Source: Hamiltosporidium tvaerminnensis FI-OER-3-3 (lineage: Eukaryota > Fungi > Microsporidia). Taken from it: a stretch of DNA of 64,000 nucleotides. The notes beneath the pieces are model-generated. The model was not told where the DNA came from and made no database searches. It saw only the letters and a list, made by a program, of their open reading frames with translations. Location: contig JAKIMF020000007.1 in assembly GCA_022605425.2 (NCBI GenBank), positions 1,178,001-1,242,000 of the forward strand, read 5' to 3'. Position numbers and translations under genes: made by a program. Of the stretch, positions 14,521-26,180 are shown piece after piece (position 1 is the stretch's first letter; each line of letters opens with the position of its first letter).

Positions 14521-17500
14521 CATAATAGATATAATAAATGACTGTGAAATATAATTTTTTAGATTTAATTTTATAGAAACGCCAGAAAACTGAATAACTT
14601 TTTTATATTTGTTTATAAAGAAGCTGGTTTCATGTCTTTTATTTTGTTTTTTGCATTGGGCTCAAAATTTTTATCAGTGATTCTGTTAATTCGGTTTGCT
14701 TAAAGAAATTGCAAGAATAGTTTTTATTTCTGATTTAGAAAGTCTAACTTGATCATTTTTTTAGTTATATACGACGTAACGATTATATTCTATATAGTTT
14801 ATAACATTTACAAATTAGTTTAATTTAACAACGACTGTTTTTTCTAGTATATTTACACAAGTTGAGATTCATTATATATAATTATAACTTTTCATTTCAT
14901 TTTTTGCAATTTTTTAATCTTATAGATACTTAAAAATAATTATCTGCTTCATAGAGCGTAGGCTTAAATATAAGTTTCTAAAATTAATTTTTAGAGATTG
15001 ATACTTTTATGTCATATTCAAAAACATCTATATCTATTTCTTTATATATATATCAATTTATAACACCAAATCTAGTCATGTATGAAATTACACTATAAAA
15101 TCCCTAGATTGGCAACATTTTATTACATATCTTCCTTTTTTGATGAATTTTTAGAATTTCGTAAAACATCTTTCAAAAATGAAGTAGATCCTCGTTTTTT
15201 ATAATAGAATAGATCAATATCAATATATATAATATTAAAAATAGACGCATGTTTATCTTTTTTGTATATTTATTATCGCTATTATTCTTTCATTAATTAA
15301 AGTTTTTTTAAAAAAAAATCGTTTAAAATATGTACAGGTTCTCTTCTTCATTCGCTGTACACGATACAAAACATCAAATTCAAAAAAAATGTGATCTACA
15401 TAAGGCTTCACAGTGGCAATTATTATTTAATTTCCCTCGCAGATTTTTTGGAATTGCGATCTAATTTGTTCCATTATACGGGAAATGAATTATTAGGTAT
15501 TCTTAATCTAATTCACTATTATTAACTCATGAAAGAAGAATAGCAAGCTGCGAGTAACAGAAAAACAAAGTTTATGTGGTTCTATTAAAGTTTATTGAGC
15601 ATTAATGTCTTCTGAGAAAACATATCTTTAATTTTGTGTAATAAGATCAGGCTATGGCGCTTTAAATAGTGTGTTAGGAATAAACGGAAAGTTTTCGATC
15701 TTCTGTTACCAAAGTTTAATTGCAAATATATTAGTTATATATTCGTGTCGTTTAAAATTGGGTTTTGTGTGTAAAATTGGCTGATTTGTGTAGTTTAACT
15801 GTTTTTTTACATTTACCATTATATTCTCTACAGATTTTTCAATATTTGTACCTACGGAATAATTATTTTTATTCGAAGTGTTTTCATAAAATTTGACGGT
15901 TTTAAATGAACTTTGACCTGGTTTGAATCAAAATATTCAGAAAGAAAGCATATTTCCATAGTAGTGATAAGCTGGAAGGTTTTTTTACTTTAGAATGACT
16001 CATGTGTTTGTACTAATTGGTTATAATAACTGCTAATTTTCGATTTTTTATTCTTATATTAAAAAATACATCGAGAATTTCCATTTAGACCTAACATCAA
16101 TAGAGTCTTTTTTCTTAGGACTGCACGATATAATTATAGAATCTTGATAACTCTGGAATTACAAATTTCCGATTGAAATAATTTAAAGTTGAATACTTCG
16201 ATAATAGAGGAATCTCTTTTATATTGTTCTAAAATTAAATAAAAGAGAGTCAAATACTCTTTTTATTCGGTTATATCATATCCGAACACCCAAGTTTGGA
16301 TTATATATTGTTTTATTAATAATATGATGTGTTTTTTTACCGAAAAATTGGCATCTTATAGTGGAAATGCCACGTGATTGTTCTATTTAAAACACCACCT
16401 AGACTCTATTATGTGATTGAAAACCTTAAACAGGTTTTTTGATACGATATTCAACAAGCTTTTGTTCGATTTCTGACACATTATTTCAGATAATTTTTTT
16501 ACTAAAATCGTTTACAGTGGTATTGAACAATCTGCTTCGAAATTCTTTTTGGATTTGTATACCTTTTATGATATTTTGTAGATTTAGTGACTAAGAAATC
16601 ATCCGAAATTTTTGTTGTATTCCCATATATTGTTGATCTGTATTATAAAACTTAATGAGGTCCTAGTGTATCTTTGATGCTAAAATTAAAGCAAAGTTAA
16701 TAGCAATATTGACCCATTTAAAAATATTTTAGTCTAAATCATATTATAAAATATGTTCTTTATGTCATCTAGGATTCACACTGATACTAAAAAACCTAAC
16801 TGGATTTTTTTTACTCTTGATAGCAGTTTTTTAAAATATTTTATTACAATCTTCAAGATTTGTTAGCTCTTGCCTAGCAATTTTCTATATTCTCTATAAT
16901 AGTCTTGCTTTAATAAAGCACGTTTTTTTCTCTACGGATGGAGCAGACTCATAAGTGATGCAAGCTTCGTCGAGATATAAACGTTTAAAGGCACCACTTT
17001 TGATTCGGATGATTTTCAGCTCAATGCAAACCTTACTTGTTCGAAAGATAAAGAGGGCATTTATCAGGAATGATCAAAATTAGGTTGATGAGATAATTTT
17101 GGTCTTAAAAACTGTTTTTATTGTAGCGTTAATACATCCGAATAGATCCAGTCTTCTAAAATAATTTCTTTAATCTCGAATGGTTCTTTTTGCAGTTTCA
17201 TTATTTCCATATTTACTTAGAAAATTCTTGGTCTATTTTGCCTGCAAAAATTATACATTGTAGGATTATTTCGAATGATAAAATGCTTTTTATAATTCTA
17301 GTATTCAATCTACAATGCAATACACAAGCTATTTAGATATATAGTTGATTTTTTACTCGTTTCCATAGTAATTTATAATAAAAATTGTAATAGATACAGC
17401 AATTTTTGTATTTTTTATTTTGTTCTCTTATTATATAGTTAGCAATATTAAACATGCTACTATGACTTCATTTATACTTTTACACTGTCTAGAATTCAAC

Positions 17501-18360
17501 CTGTGAAAATCATATCAAATGGATTTTTAATCGCTATTATTTATAATTACAACCATTTAAATTCTTCCATAATATTGCTGATAGTCATAGATTAAGTTTT
17601 CTTATATATATATGTAAAAAGTTCATCAGAGAATGTTAAATTAAAAACGAATATATTTCTTACAGCATAGAGTTTTCTGCATATAAAGAGAGATATATGC
17701 AAAAAAACCGGGTTTTCTATTTAAACAGATATTTTAATTATTATTGTTTTTGAGGGAAATTTAAGTTTATCCTGGAGCTTACAAAAATTCATAAAAAGGT
17801 TCCTGATTTTTTATGTGAGGGAACTAAATATACAATCACTTTGGTAATATTTTACAGGTATGAAATTTCGAAAATACTCGACAACATCAGTTTTTATGTA
17901 TAGGGAAAATGAATAATTAATAGTCAAAGAATTGAATTTGAATTGTTTCATTTAAATTCATGCGTTTAAAAAAACACATTGGAATTTTATATGTGGAAAC
18001 TTTATTAACATTAAAACGAATTGGAATCCTCTCATTCAATGATTAAAAATGCCACAAATTTTGGAATATGAACAAATATAAACTAAAATGGTCATTTACT
18101 TAAGAAAACCAGTATGAGAAAGTAATTAATGAGCCAGTGATAAAACCAACAGTTATTTCGGAATTAAAGACATGATATAATCATATATAATAATATACTT
18201 AATATCGTTTCTTTAAGGCGCAATTACTTCTTAAGATTCCCTCAAATCTGTGAAAAAAACCAAGAATTGAATTCCGTTGAATACTGTCTAATGTCTTTTT
18301 TATATAGCGAAAAATAGAGATGATCTTGTTAGGGATATTTTTAAAATCTATTTTACGCAA

Positions 18361-18595
18361 CATCCATTCATTATTCCTTGGCACCACAGCCCTGTACGAG
18401 CTTGGCCTCCCTTAGTAATACCTTCCTTCCGGTCTTTTTCTACTGGGTTTGTTTACTTATTGGTTTCGTACCAGGTAATTTTACAGAGTGGGTTGTTAGC
18501 CCTACGCCCAACCCCAACATGGAGGATTAGTCTCTTTTACTCGCCTCTTACGGCAAGCAGATAATACACCAAGCCAATTCGGCCCCCGGCATGGT
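18361..18595 (-). mobile_element. RTE-derived SINE-like element (family B)
   Basis: Reverse-complement copy of 8025-8260. Confidence 0.8.
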
Positions 18596-19166
18596 ATTTG
18601 CTTAACAAAATAACACAAATCTTGGAAAATTTAAGAATTGATCGGAATATATAAAAAAGTAAAACTCATCTATTTTTGTACCAGGAAGACCAAGGCTAAT
18701 ACGAAAAATGAATGAATCGATTTACAAATAAACTGAAATGCCCTAGAAAAGGCATGTATCACAAAAAATAAAATTCCTTTGATGCATATGCTATACTAAA
18801 ACAAATAGACACGTAAGTACCAAAGTAAGCAAAATGTGCAGAATGAAATAACAAACCACTGGCATAGTTAGAAAATATTAAATTAGATCGAGCATAAAGA
18901 AGTAAACAAATCTAGAGTATAAAGATTAAAGAAAGGAACAAATCTCAATATAAAATATAATAAATGATTTTCATAAAACATCCCAAATTTTCAAAAAGTT
19001 AAACAATGGAATAAAAGTTGTTTTTACCCATTAAGGACATATATTACGTTTTATTAAAGAAAATGACTTTAGAATATGTTATTTCAAAATAATGCAAATT
19101 AATTTATTAAAAGTAGTCAGATATTTTAGATATCTTACTCATTGTTTAAATTTAATTTCCATGATA

Positions 19167-20297
19167 TCAAGGTAAATTTGAAAGAGATGTTTCTAGAACA
19201 TCTATCAAGGAATCTCTAACCAAAAAAGAATTCCACCCTCGATTTTTAGCAGCTTGTACATTTTGATCAATATCATCATAGAAATATATATTTGAGGCTT
19301 TGGTTTCCAAAAGTTGTTCTATAGCAAAGTATGCATGCGGATTTGGTTTAAGAAAAATATATTCATGCAATTTTTCTCTATGAACAATACAAATAAAACA
19401 ATCTAATATATCTAATGTTTTTAAAGCCCATTCCGCATGTATTTTTTCTGCGTTCGTAAAACATATTTTTTTAAAAGGCAGTTTTTCTAAAAAAATTTTA
19501 AGCTCGGTTTTATATTCTAAGTGTTGAGTGACTAACAATTTAGTTTTTATTTCTTGATCATTTATACCTTTTTTTGGATTTTCCTCCTTTGGGTCTGCAA
19601 AAATATTATTTTGACTTTCATAAAACTCAGGTGTACCTAAATCCGGATATTTATCACCATATGAAGTCGTGGGGAACAGGGTATCATCTATATCAAATAC
19701 CAAAACTATCTCATCGAGATACATTTTGGGAATGGTTGACTCTTGAATCGAAATGAAAAGCGTTTCATTCGAAACACCCATTTGAAAATCTGATGAAGGA
19801 ATATAATCATCTAGATATGCTAATATGTTCTGGATCCCCGCATTAGATTCTGTAGAAATTAAAGATAAAAGATCCTTCCATTGTGTTTCAAATTTTAAAA
19901 ATAGTATTTTATAGAAGAAACTAAAAATAAAGTCACTTGATTCTAAAGTCCCATTTTCACACATTTCTTTGTGTCTTTTATATAGATTTGATTGTTTATA
20001 ACAAGAAAATTCCGTTTCTCTTGATGGATTATGTGGGTTCGATAAAAGATTTTCAAAAAAGATTTGCAGATATAACTTTAGTCTATCTTTAGTATCTTTT
20101 TTATACGTTCCTTTGTATTTTTCAGATTGAATTTTGGGAAGATTATCAGACGCTACTATAGATTTTGCAATCCGTACATCGGATTTAAATTCGACTTTAT
20201 TCATTTCTTTAGAATCGGAAATAGCTTTGGAATCAGAAATTGGGGAAGGATATTGTGCTTTGGGTTTTGAATTTTCGGTTTTCTTGCCTGCTATCAA
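19167..20297 (-). CDS. HAD-superfamily hydrolase, Sdt1/Phm8-like pyrimidine 5'-nucleotidase domain (C-terminal part of paralog 3)
   Basis: Intact HAD motifs I FDIDDTLF, II CFTNA, III KP and IV FYDD; first ATG at 20204; the frame stays open up to ~20366, where a 1-nt shift would join it to the upstream ORF. Confidence 0.85.
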   Translation of the reverse strand: MIAGKKTENSKPKAQYPSPISDSKAISDSKEMNKVEFKSDVRIAKSIVASDNLPKIQSEKYKGTYKKDTKDRLKLYLQIFFENLLSNPHNPSRETEFSCYKQSNLYKRHKEMCENGTLESSDFIFSFFYKILFLKFETQWKDLLSLISTESNAGIQNILAYLDDYIPSSDFQMGVSNETLFISIQESTIPKMYLDEIVLVFDIDDTLFPTTSYGDKYPDLGTPEFYESQNNIFADPKEENPKKGINDQEIKTKLLVTQHLEYKTELKIFLEKLPFKKICFTNAEKIHAEWALKTLDILDCFICIVHREKLHEYIFLKPNPHAYFAIEQLLETKASNIYFYDDIDQNVQAAKNRGWNSFLVRDSLIDVLETSLSNLP

Positions 20298-20361
20298 ATG
20301 TATGTCTTTGACTGATTTATTACCGCTATTGGTTGGATTTTCTGTTAAATCGAAGTTTTCT

Positions 20362-21015
20362 CTATCCTACTTCTAAATCTGCAACTTTATTAATATCGTT
20401 TTCAGAACCAATTAGACTTTTATCTAAATAATAATTGACATTTTCTCTTTCAAAGTAAGCATTTAAATCAAATTGTAACATTTTAATCTCGATTTCTCTT
20501 TTCTCTTCGAGAAATTTATCAAAGTTCGCTAAATTTAAATCCAAGTTTTTACTCACTTGTCGTTTTAGCATATTTCTAAAAAATGGATGATTATTAAATT
20601 TATCAGAATAATCTTTCAAATAATCCTTAAAAAAGCAAAATATTATGTTTAGTAAACGAGACCTGAACATAACAAACCACACCGTAGCCTCTTTGGGTTT
20701 TAAAAATTTGAACAATTTCAAAATATCCTTTTCATATCTTAATAAATATTTAATATTGTATTTAATAAACACTGTATCACTCATTATTTTATCGTATATA
20801 CTGGGATACGGAAGCTCAAGGTCTTCTTCGATTATTTTAGATAAAAGATTCTGTTTTCTAAAAGTATTCAAGCACATAATAGAAACACAATAAACTAACG
20901 GATTATTATACATTTCATTTCTTATCTCATCATAACTTAAAATTTTAACTCCATTTTTATCTGCCGCTAAAAATATTTGCCAGAAATATAAAAATATAGG
21001 AAAACTTCTTATCAT
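20362..21015 (-). CDS. Signal-peptide-bearing N-terminal domain of HAD paralog 3
   Basis: MIRSFPIFLYFWQIFLA leader; shares YNNP..Y, LELPYP.IYD and FDLNAYFE.E with the N-terminal ORFs of paralogs 1 and 2. Confidence 0.75.
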   Translation of the reverse strand: MIRSFPIFLYFWQIFLAADKNGVKILSYDEIRNEMYNNPLVYCVSIMCLNTFRKQNLLSKIIEEDLELPYPSIYDKIMSDTVFIKYNIKYLLRYEKDILKLFKFLKPKEATVWFVMFRSRLLNIIFCFFKDYLKDYSDKFNNHPFFRNMLKRQVSKNLDLNLANFDKFLEEKREIEIKMLQFDLNAYFERENVNYYLDKSLIGSENDINKVADLEVG

Positions 21016-21908
21016 TTTTTAAGAGGCCTCGATATTTTAATTTTAAAAATTTATTTTAATCGTTCCATTTCTTTTATATTTGATAAGAACAAAGTTATTC
21101 TTTTCAGTCCGCAATATAATTCTAGATTACCTATAATAAGCTTAATAATTTAATTTTTCTTGTATTATTACAATTGTCTTTTTTTAAAATAGAAGACCGA
21201 TTTATAATGAAAAACATTTAATCACTTTAATTACTTTTTGCTCAACAATAACGATTATATATATTTCAATGATTCATATATATTTTTATAATTTATTTTA
21301 TTTTAAGACTGTTAAAAATAATAATCGTTTCTTGTTCTAAAAATTGTTTAATCAAATAATCCGAATCTAAATTAGAAACCTTAATTAAAATTATATTTAC
21401 AGAATGTAAAGAATCCGACATAAATTAAAAATCTTCCTTAGACTAAGAAAAACGAATTTATAAAGATTTATATTAAACTTCAAATCAAAGATAAATTAAT
21501 AAATTTGTTTTTTAAATATTATATTTTACACAAAAAATATCTTCTTTATGATATTCAATAATATTATTTGGATAGATTCTAATGTTTATTTATACATTAT
21601 ATTTATCAAATTTAATAAATATTTATTGATGTACAAAATATCTGTACTGAGATTCAAAATGATTTAATAATATTAAAAATGTTTTAGATACCTTATATTT
21701 TGAATATATTATAACAATTTAGATAAGAGAAATAATAGATGAATTTAAATGATAACTGAATTAAGAATGCAAAAACAAAATATAAAACCAAAAACAGTGT
21801 TGTTAAATACTAAGAAGTATAGAATACAAATACAAAATATACAAGAAAATAAATTTCTATGTAGAATTAAAAAGTATTAATAAAATTTTTACTTACAATA
21901 GAATATTT

Positions 21909-22112
21909 TTACATAATATTTACTGTATAATCATCATAAAGAGTATAAGAGGATGTATCACTTATAACATCCAAATATTCTATTTCCTCGTCGGTAACAG
22001 GAATACATTTTTCTATTTCATTGGATTTCTTATTTTTTGTTGAAATATTTGTGATGTCTTTTAGTTTTTTACGAGTAGGAATTGTCATGGAATATATGGA
22101 GGGTATTACCAT
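21909..22112 (-). CDS. Small protein with destruction box; candidate miniature securin-like protein
   Basis: 67-aa ATG ORF containing RKKLKDITN (RxxLxxxxN D-box) followed by acidic DEEIEYL. Confidence 0.55.
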   Translation of the reverse strand: MVIPSIYSMTIPTRKKLKDITNISTKNKKSNEIEKCIPVTDEEIEYLDVISDTSSYTLYDDYTVNIM

Positions 22113-23321
22113 ATTTAAGGAAGAAAAAATATTGAATTATAAAAAATTTAAAAACTAACAAATTTACAAATAAAAATTTGAAAAATTAAACGAAAGAAGT
22201 TATGAAAGAGAATTTTATAAAAAAATGGTGGGGAAAAAATAAGTAGGATAACAAAAAAAAATTCCTATTTATAAATATATTATTTTTCATGAATTCTTTC
22301 CTTTAATTTGAAGAAATATATAAAATTTAGTTGTTAGAGCGGTTTTTAGCTTCATTGTTTTTGTGTGGTTTATTCTACTCTTCCTGTTTCGGTTGAATCG
22401 TTCTTTATATTTGAGACCTTTTCTAAATTCGATAAAACTCTGTTTAAAAGTCATTTTATTCTCCAACTTAACTTGCTTTTTTTTGTATTTATTTGCCTGA
22501 CAAGTTTTTCCACATTTGCGTCTATTTGTAAAGGCAACATCTTTTTTAAGAGTTTCTCGGCAACCAATCCTTATGACCTATCGAAATCTCGTTACCCGAC
22601 TCTCATTGGCATTTAATCACGACATCAATCCTCAGATCTCTCAAATAACTGATTATGATTGTTTTTTTGAGTATTATCGATTAGATTTATGATTCATACT
22701 TACTAAGAATGTATAAAACCATTAAGTATTTATAGGACAAACGGAAATAAAGAATGAAGTAAGTTTTTTTGAGATTTCAACAAAAAAGTAATGCCCGTTG
22801 TAGTCATACCAAAATAATAGTATAAATTTGTATATAACGTATGTGATCTTTCAAAATATTTTATCAAATTTATAAAGGTTTCTATCCAAGTTTCATATTA
22901 ACAAAAATGAATTTATAACAATATTCTAGTTCAGTTCAGAAAGGTATTTCTTTCGTCTAAAGAACAAAAATTTATTTTAAATTATATTTTATTCTATTTC
23001 TTTCTATGTGATATATTTATTTTGCGATTTAGGGTTGTTTATGTAGTCGAAATATTTATTTGGAATCATGTGCGAAAGTATATATCCCTAACTCTTGAAA
23101 CTTTCATTAGTTAGTTTAAATACCTTTTGATGTACTTCGTAGTTTAGAAGATTTCGAATGACTTTCAACTTTTTATAATTATATTTTATGATTCATTTAA
23201 TTATTACAACGAATATTAGATTAATTTTAGAAAAGTTCTATTCTTAGACATTAAGATTGGCGTATAGATCATATTTAAATTAAGTGATTTTTTCAATAAA
23301 AAGAATTGCTTTGTGTCCTAC

Positions 23322-24182
23322 ATGAAAAAAAATAAGAGATTGGTTGTTTTGGTACTCCTAGGAATTATTCAATCTATTTTTGGAATATTTTGTATTTACA
23401 TTTTCTTGAAATATCAAAGTTTAGAAGGTTTCGAAAAAAAAATAATTGGAGAATTGAGAAAATTCTCAAAGCTAGAAGAACCCAAGTCTTTATCATCTCT
23501 ATTTGATATTGCAGATCTTTATTTTATAGATATGATGAAAAAAAGATTGGTTTTACTTACAACAAATAATTTAAATGATAATTATTCAACCAACCAAAAT
23601 GATTTGACTAAGATTTTGTTCTTTGGATTTTTTCCCGAAAAATGTTTGTTTAATGATTTTTATAAAATAGAAAATGACAAACTTAGAATGTTTATATTAG
23701 AAAAATATCTCGAATACACAAAAATACCAAGTGATTTTAGTAAAACGTTCCTTTTTGATAGATTAATTTTTCGAGGTGTATTTTTAAATATGAATATTTT
23801 TCACTATAATAGATTCGCTCCTCGATTTTTATTTAAGCTTTGTGAGAAATTTAGAAATAAAAAATATATTTTTGATAAATATTTAGACTTTATCGAATAT
23901 TCAATCTTGGCAAATGAATCAAATTCTAAAATTGACGAATTCCAAAATTTAAAATTTATTAATATTGTTTCTAATATCGAGAATATAAGTTTATGTTTAT
24001 TCTTGGAAAAAAGTATTGTTTTCTACTTTTTAAAGTTTGAACTGAGAGATGAAAATAGGTATTTTATCAAATGGGAAAAGAATGTTATTGATTACAATTT
24101 TTATAGTTCGAATGATATTCATTCTGTTGCTTTTTTAAAATTAACATTTGATTTAGTAACCAAACTATCAACATCAAAATAA
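23322..24182 (+). CDS. Hypothetical protein with N-terminal signal anchor
   Basis: Uninterrupted ~286-aa ORF from ATG 23322 in very AT-rich DNA; MKKNKR followed by a ~22-residue hydrophobic stretch; no recognisable family. Confidence 0.65.
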   Translation: MKKNKRLVVLVLLGIIQSIFGIFCIYIFLKYQSLEGFEKKIIGELRKFSKLEEPKSLSSLFDIADLYFIDMMKKRLVLLTTNNLNDNYSTNQNDLTKILFFGFFPEKCLFNDFYKIENDKLRMFILEKYLEYTKIPSDFSKTFLFDRLIFRGVFLNMNIFHYNRFAPRFLFKLCEKFRNKKYIFDKYLDFIEYSILANESNSKIDEFQNLKFINIVSNIENISLCLFLEKSIVFYFLKFELRDENRYFIKWEKNVIDYNFYSSNDIHSVAFLKLTFDLVTKLSTSK

Positions 24183-24869
24183 ATTATACTTTTTAATACG
24201 CAAATTATACAAATTAAGTTACTTTTTAAAAAATATCTCTTGGAATATTTTCACCTATTTAGCCTCGAAAAAAATAAATTTAAAATATTTTGTAGCAAAA
24301 AAACGGTTTCCAATAGTAAATCTCTAAATAGTTAAAAATTTTAAAGATTTCTGATTGCTAAATTCAAATTCATAATTATCTCAAATATTTGTTTTTATTT
24401 TATAGAAAGAACCGCAAAACCTTAAAAATCTGGAGTAAAATAATAATATTAAATAATTTATAATTCCTTATACAGTCAATATGGTAGTAAATATAATAGA
24501 ATGAATTAAAATCAAAAATAAACAGAAACTTTGGCTATATAAATATTTAGATTTTATGAAATTACAGTTTATTCGGAACAGAGAAAAGCCCAACTAAGCT
24601 TTCTGTAGGTTTCTTATGATATTAATGAGATTTGAAAATTGATAAAAGTTATATTTTCTAAATCTAACAGAAGCGAACACTAAAATTAAGTCGTATAAAT
24701 TTCCATAAAAATTAACTAATATTCCTCGATTTGAACAAGAGTTTAAAATGTTTATTTACTCGTTTGAACTGTGATTTATATATATTCTGAATTAGTAGAA
24801 TATTTAAAATTTTTGTTATATTTTTTTTATTAAACATAAATTTTTACAAATTACTTTTCATTAAATAAA

Positions 24870-25548
24870 CCCAGATCTTTTTTTAGATTGTTTTCATGGC
24901 ACAAGCAGTTCTGTGTTTCATATAGATAACTCCACCTCTAACACGCATCGATATCTCATACGATACCTAATTTCTAAAGGTTTTCTAATAGAGGTGTAAA
25001 ACCCATGAAATGAGGATGAAGACTGTCCGTCGCTCGTAAATTCCTATTGTCTGGAGTGTGATCGCTAGTCCGCAAATTATGCTACCCCAAGACCTGCTGC
25101 TTTTTATTTACTCCTCATTTCTTGAGCTGAGTAGACCTTGGGGCAAGAAAGAACTCAGCGGCTTACATAGAGTCAACCTTAACGTTGAAATTTCATCCAA
25201 CATGTATAGCCTGGTACTTAGTCTTCTTGGATTTTTGAAAATTATGAAATTGGTTTTACCAACAGACCAAAAATCCAACCCGAATGGGGAAGGGTAGGTT
25301 CCCAAGCTTTTACATGCCAAACATCATCAGTTTGACCACGTTTTGTAATCTAATTACAAAGAAAAAACAAATTTCTTTGTAAAGAAATTACATTATTTGT
25401 AAACCAGCTTTCCCATATACAAATTTACGTATCATAACGCAAAATATAGTTGTTTTATTTACAATATAAGATCCAAACAAAATTCCCACGTCAGGCTCAC
25501 TTAATAATTACCAAACAGCTAGTTTATAATGTGGTTATAGAACCCTCA
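24870..25548 (-). mobile_element. Retroposon family A, old diverged copy
   Basis: Colinear blocks ttgttttcatg, ggagtgtgatcg, ccccaagac, aacccga, gcttttacatg and atgtggttat. Confidence 0.7.
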
Positions 25549-25558
25549 CAGTGAATTT

Positions 25559-26180
25559 CACTATTTTAATTTAATAAAATTCTGATTTAGAATGTTTTTA
25601 TTCCGCCTTTATGTCTTTTCTTTTATTTATTTTACTATTTTTTTTTTATTTTTAATCTGGCTCTTCATTAATGTTTATAAGCGGTTCTTCCATCTGCAAT
25701 ACGGGATGAGTTATTTTTTGTCTAAAATATTTAACACCATCCTTCTGTAAATCGCTTATTTAAAATAGGGTGCTGGCTCCTCGTGCATCCCGGCTCTTTT
25801 AATAACACTAATTGACGCACTTTCCCAGCTCTCTTCAGCATTTGGTCCCAACTCAAGTCCTCTTCGTCGATCAAAGGAAATTATTTCGAATTGCTTCTTA
25901 AGTACTATAGAGTGAATGTATGCCTCTAATCTATAAGTATTTGCGGTTTTTTAAGGTATGCTTATGGTATTTTGTCACAATGCCGTCACAGGTCATTACA
26001 TAAAGGATTATCTTAACACCAAGGTTATAAATAAGATCTTCATTGGCTAATAAGTCATGCTTCTTAATATTTTTAGTTTCAACTCCTTAAAGTGTATCTT
26101 GGAAAATAATTTCTAATTCAATGACTGCTGTCTTTTTTTTTGCTTATCCGAAATAAATATGTCGGGTCTATTATAAATTT
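25559..26180 (-). mobile_element. 5'-truncated 3' fragment of the R4/Dong-like LINE
   Basis: Matches 58037-58650: NRPDI RLE motif, IIxYVMTxDGIVTKYHK, and the shared 3' end cagaattttattaaat...aatagtg. Confidence 0.8.

Noticed and set aside
22290-22700. Protein-like minus-strand stretch and ORF 22365-22616
   Set aside because: Interrupted by stops and no recognisable homology.
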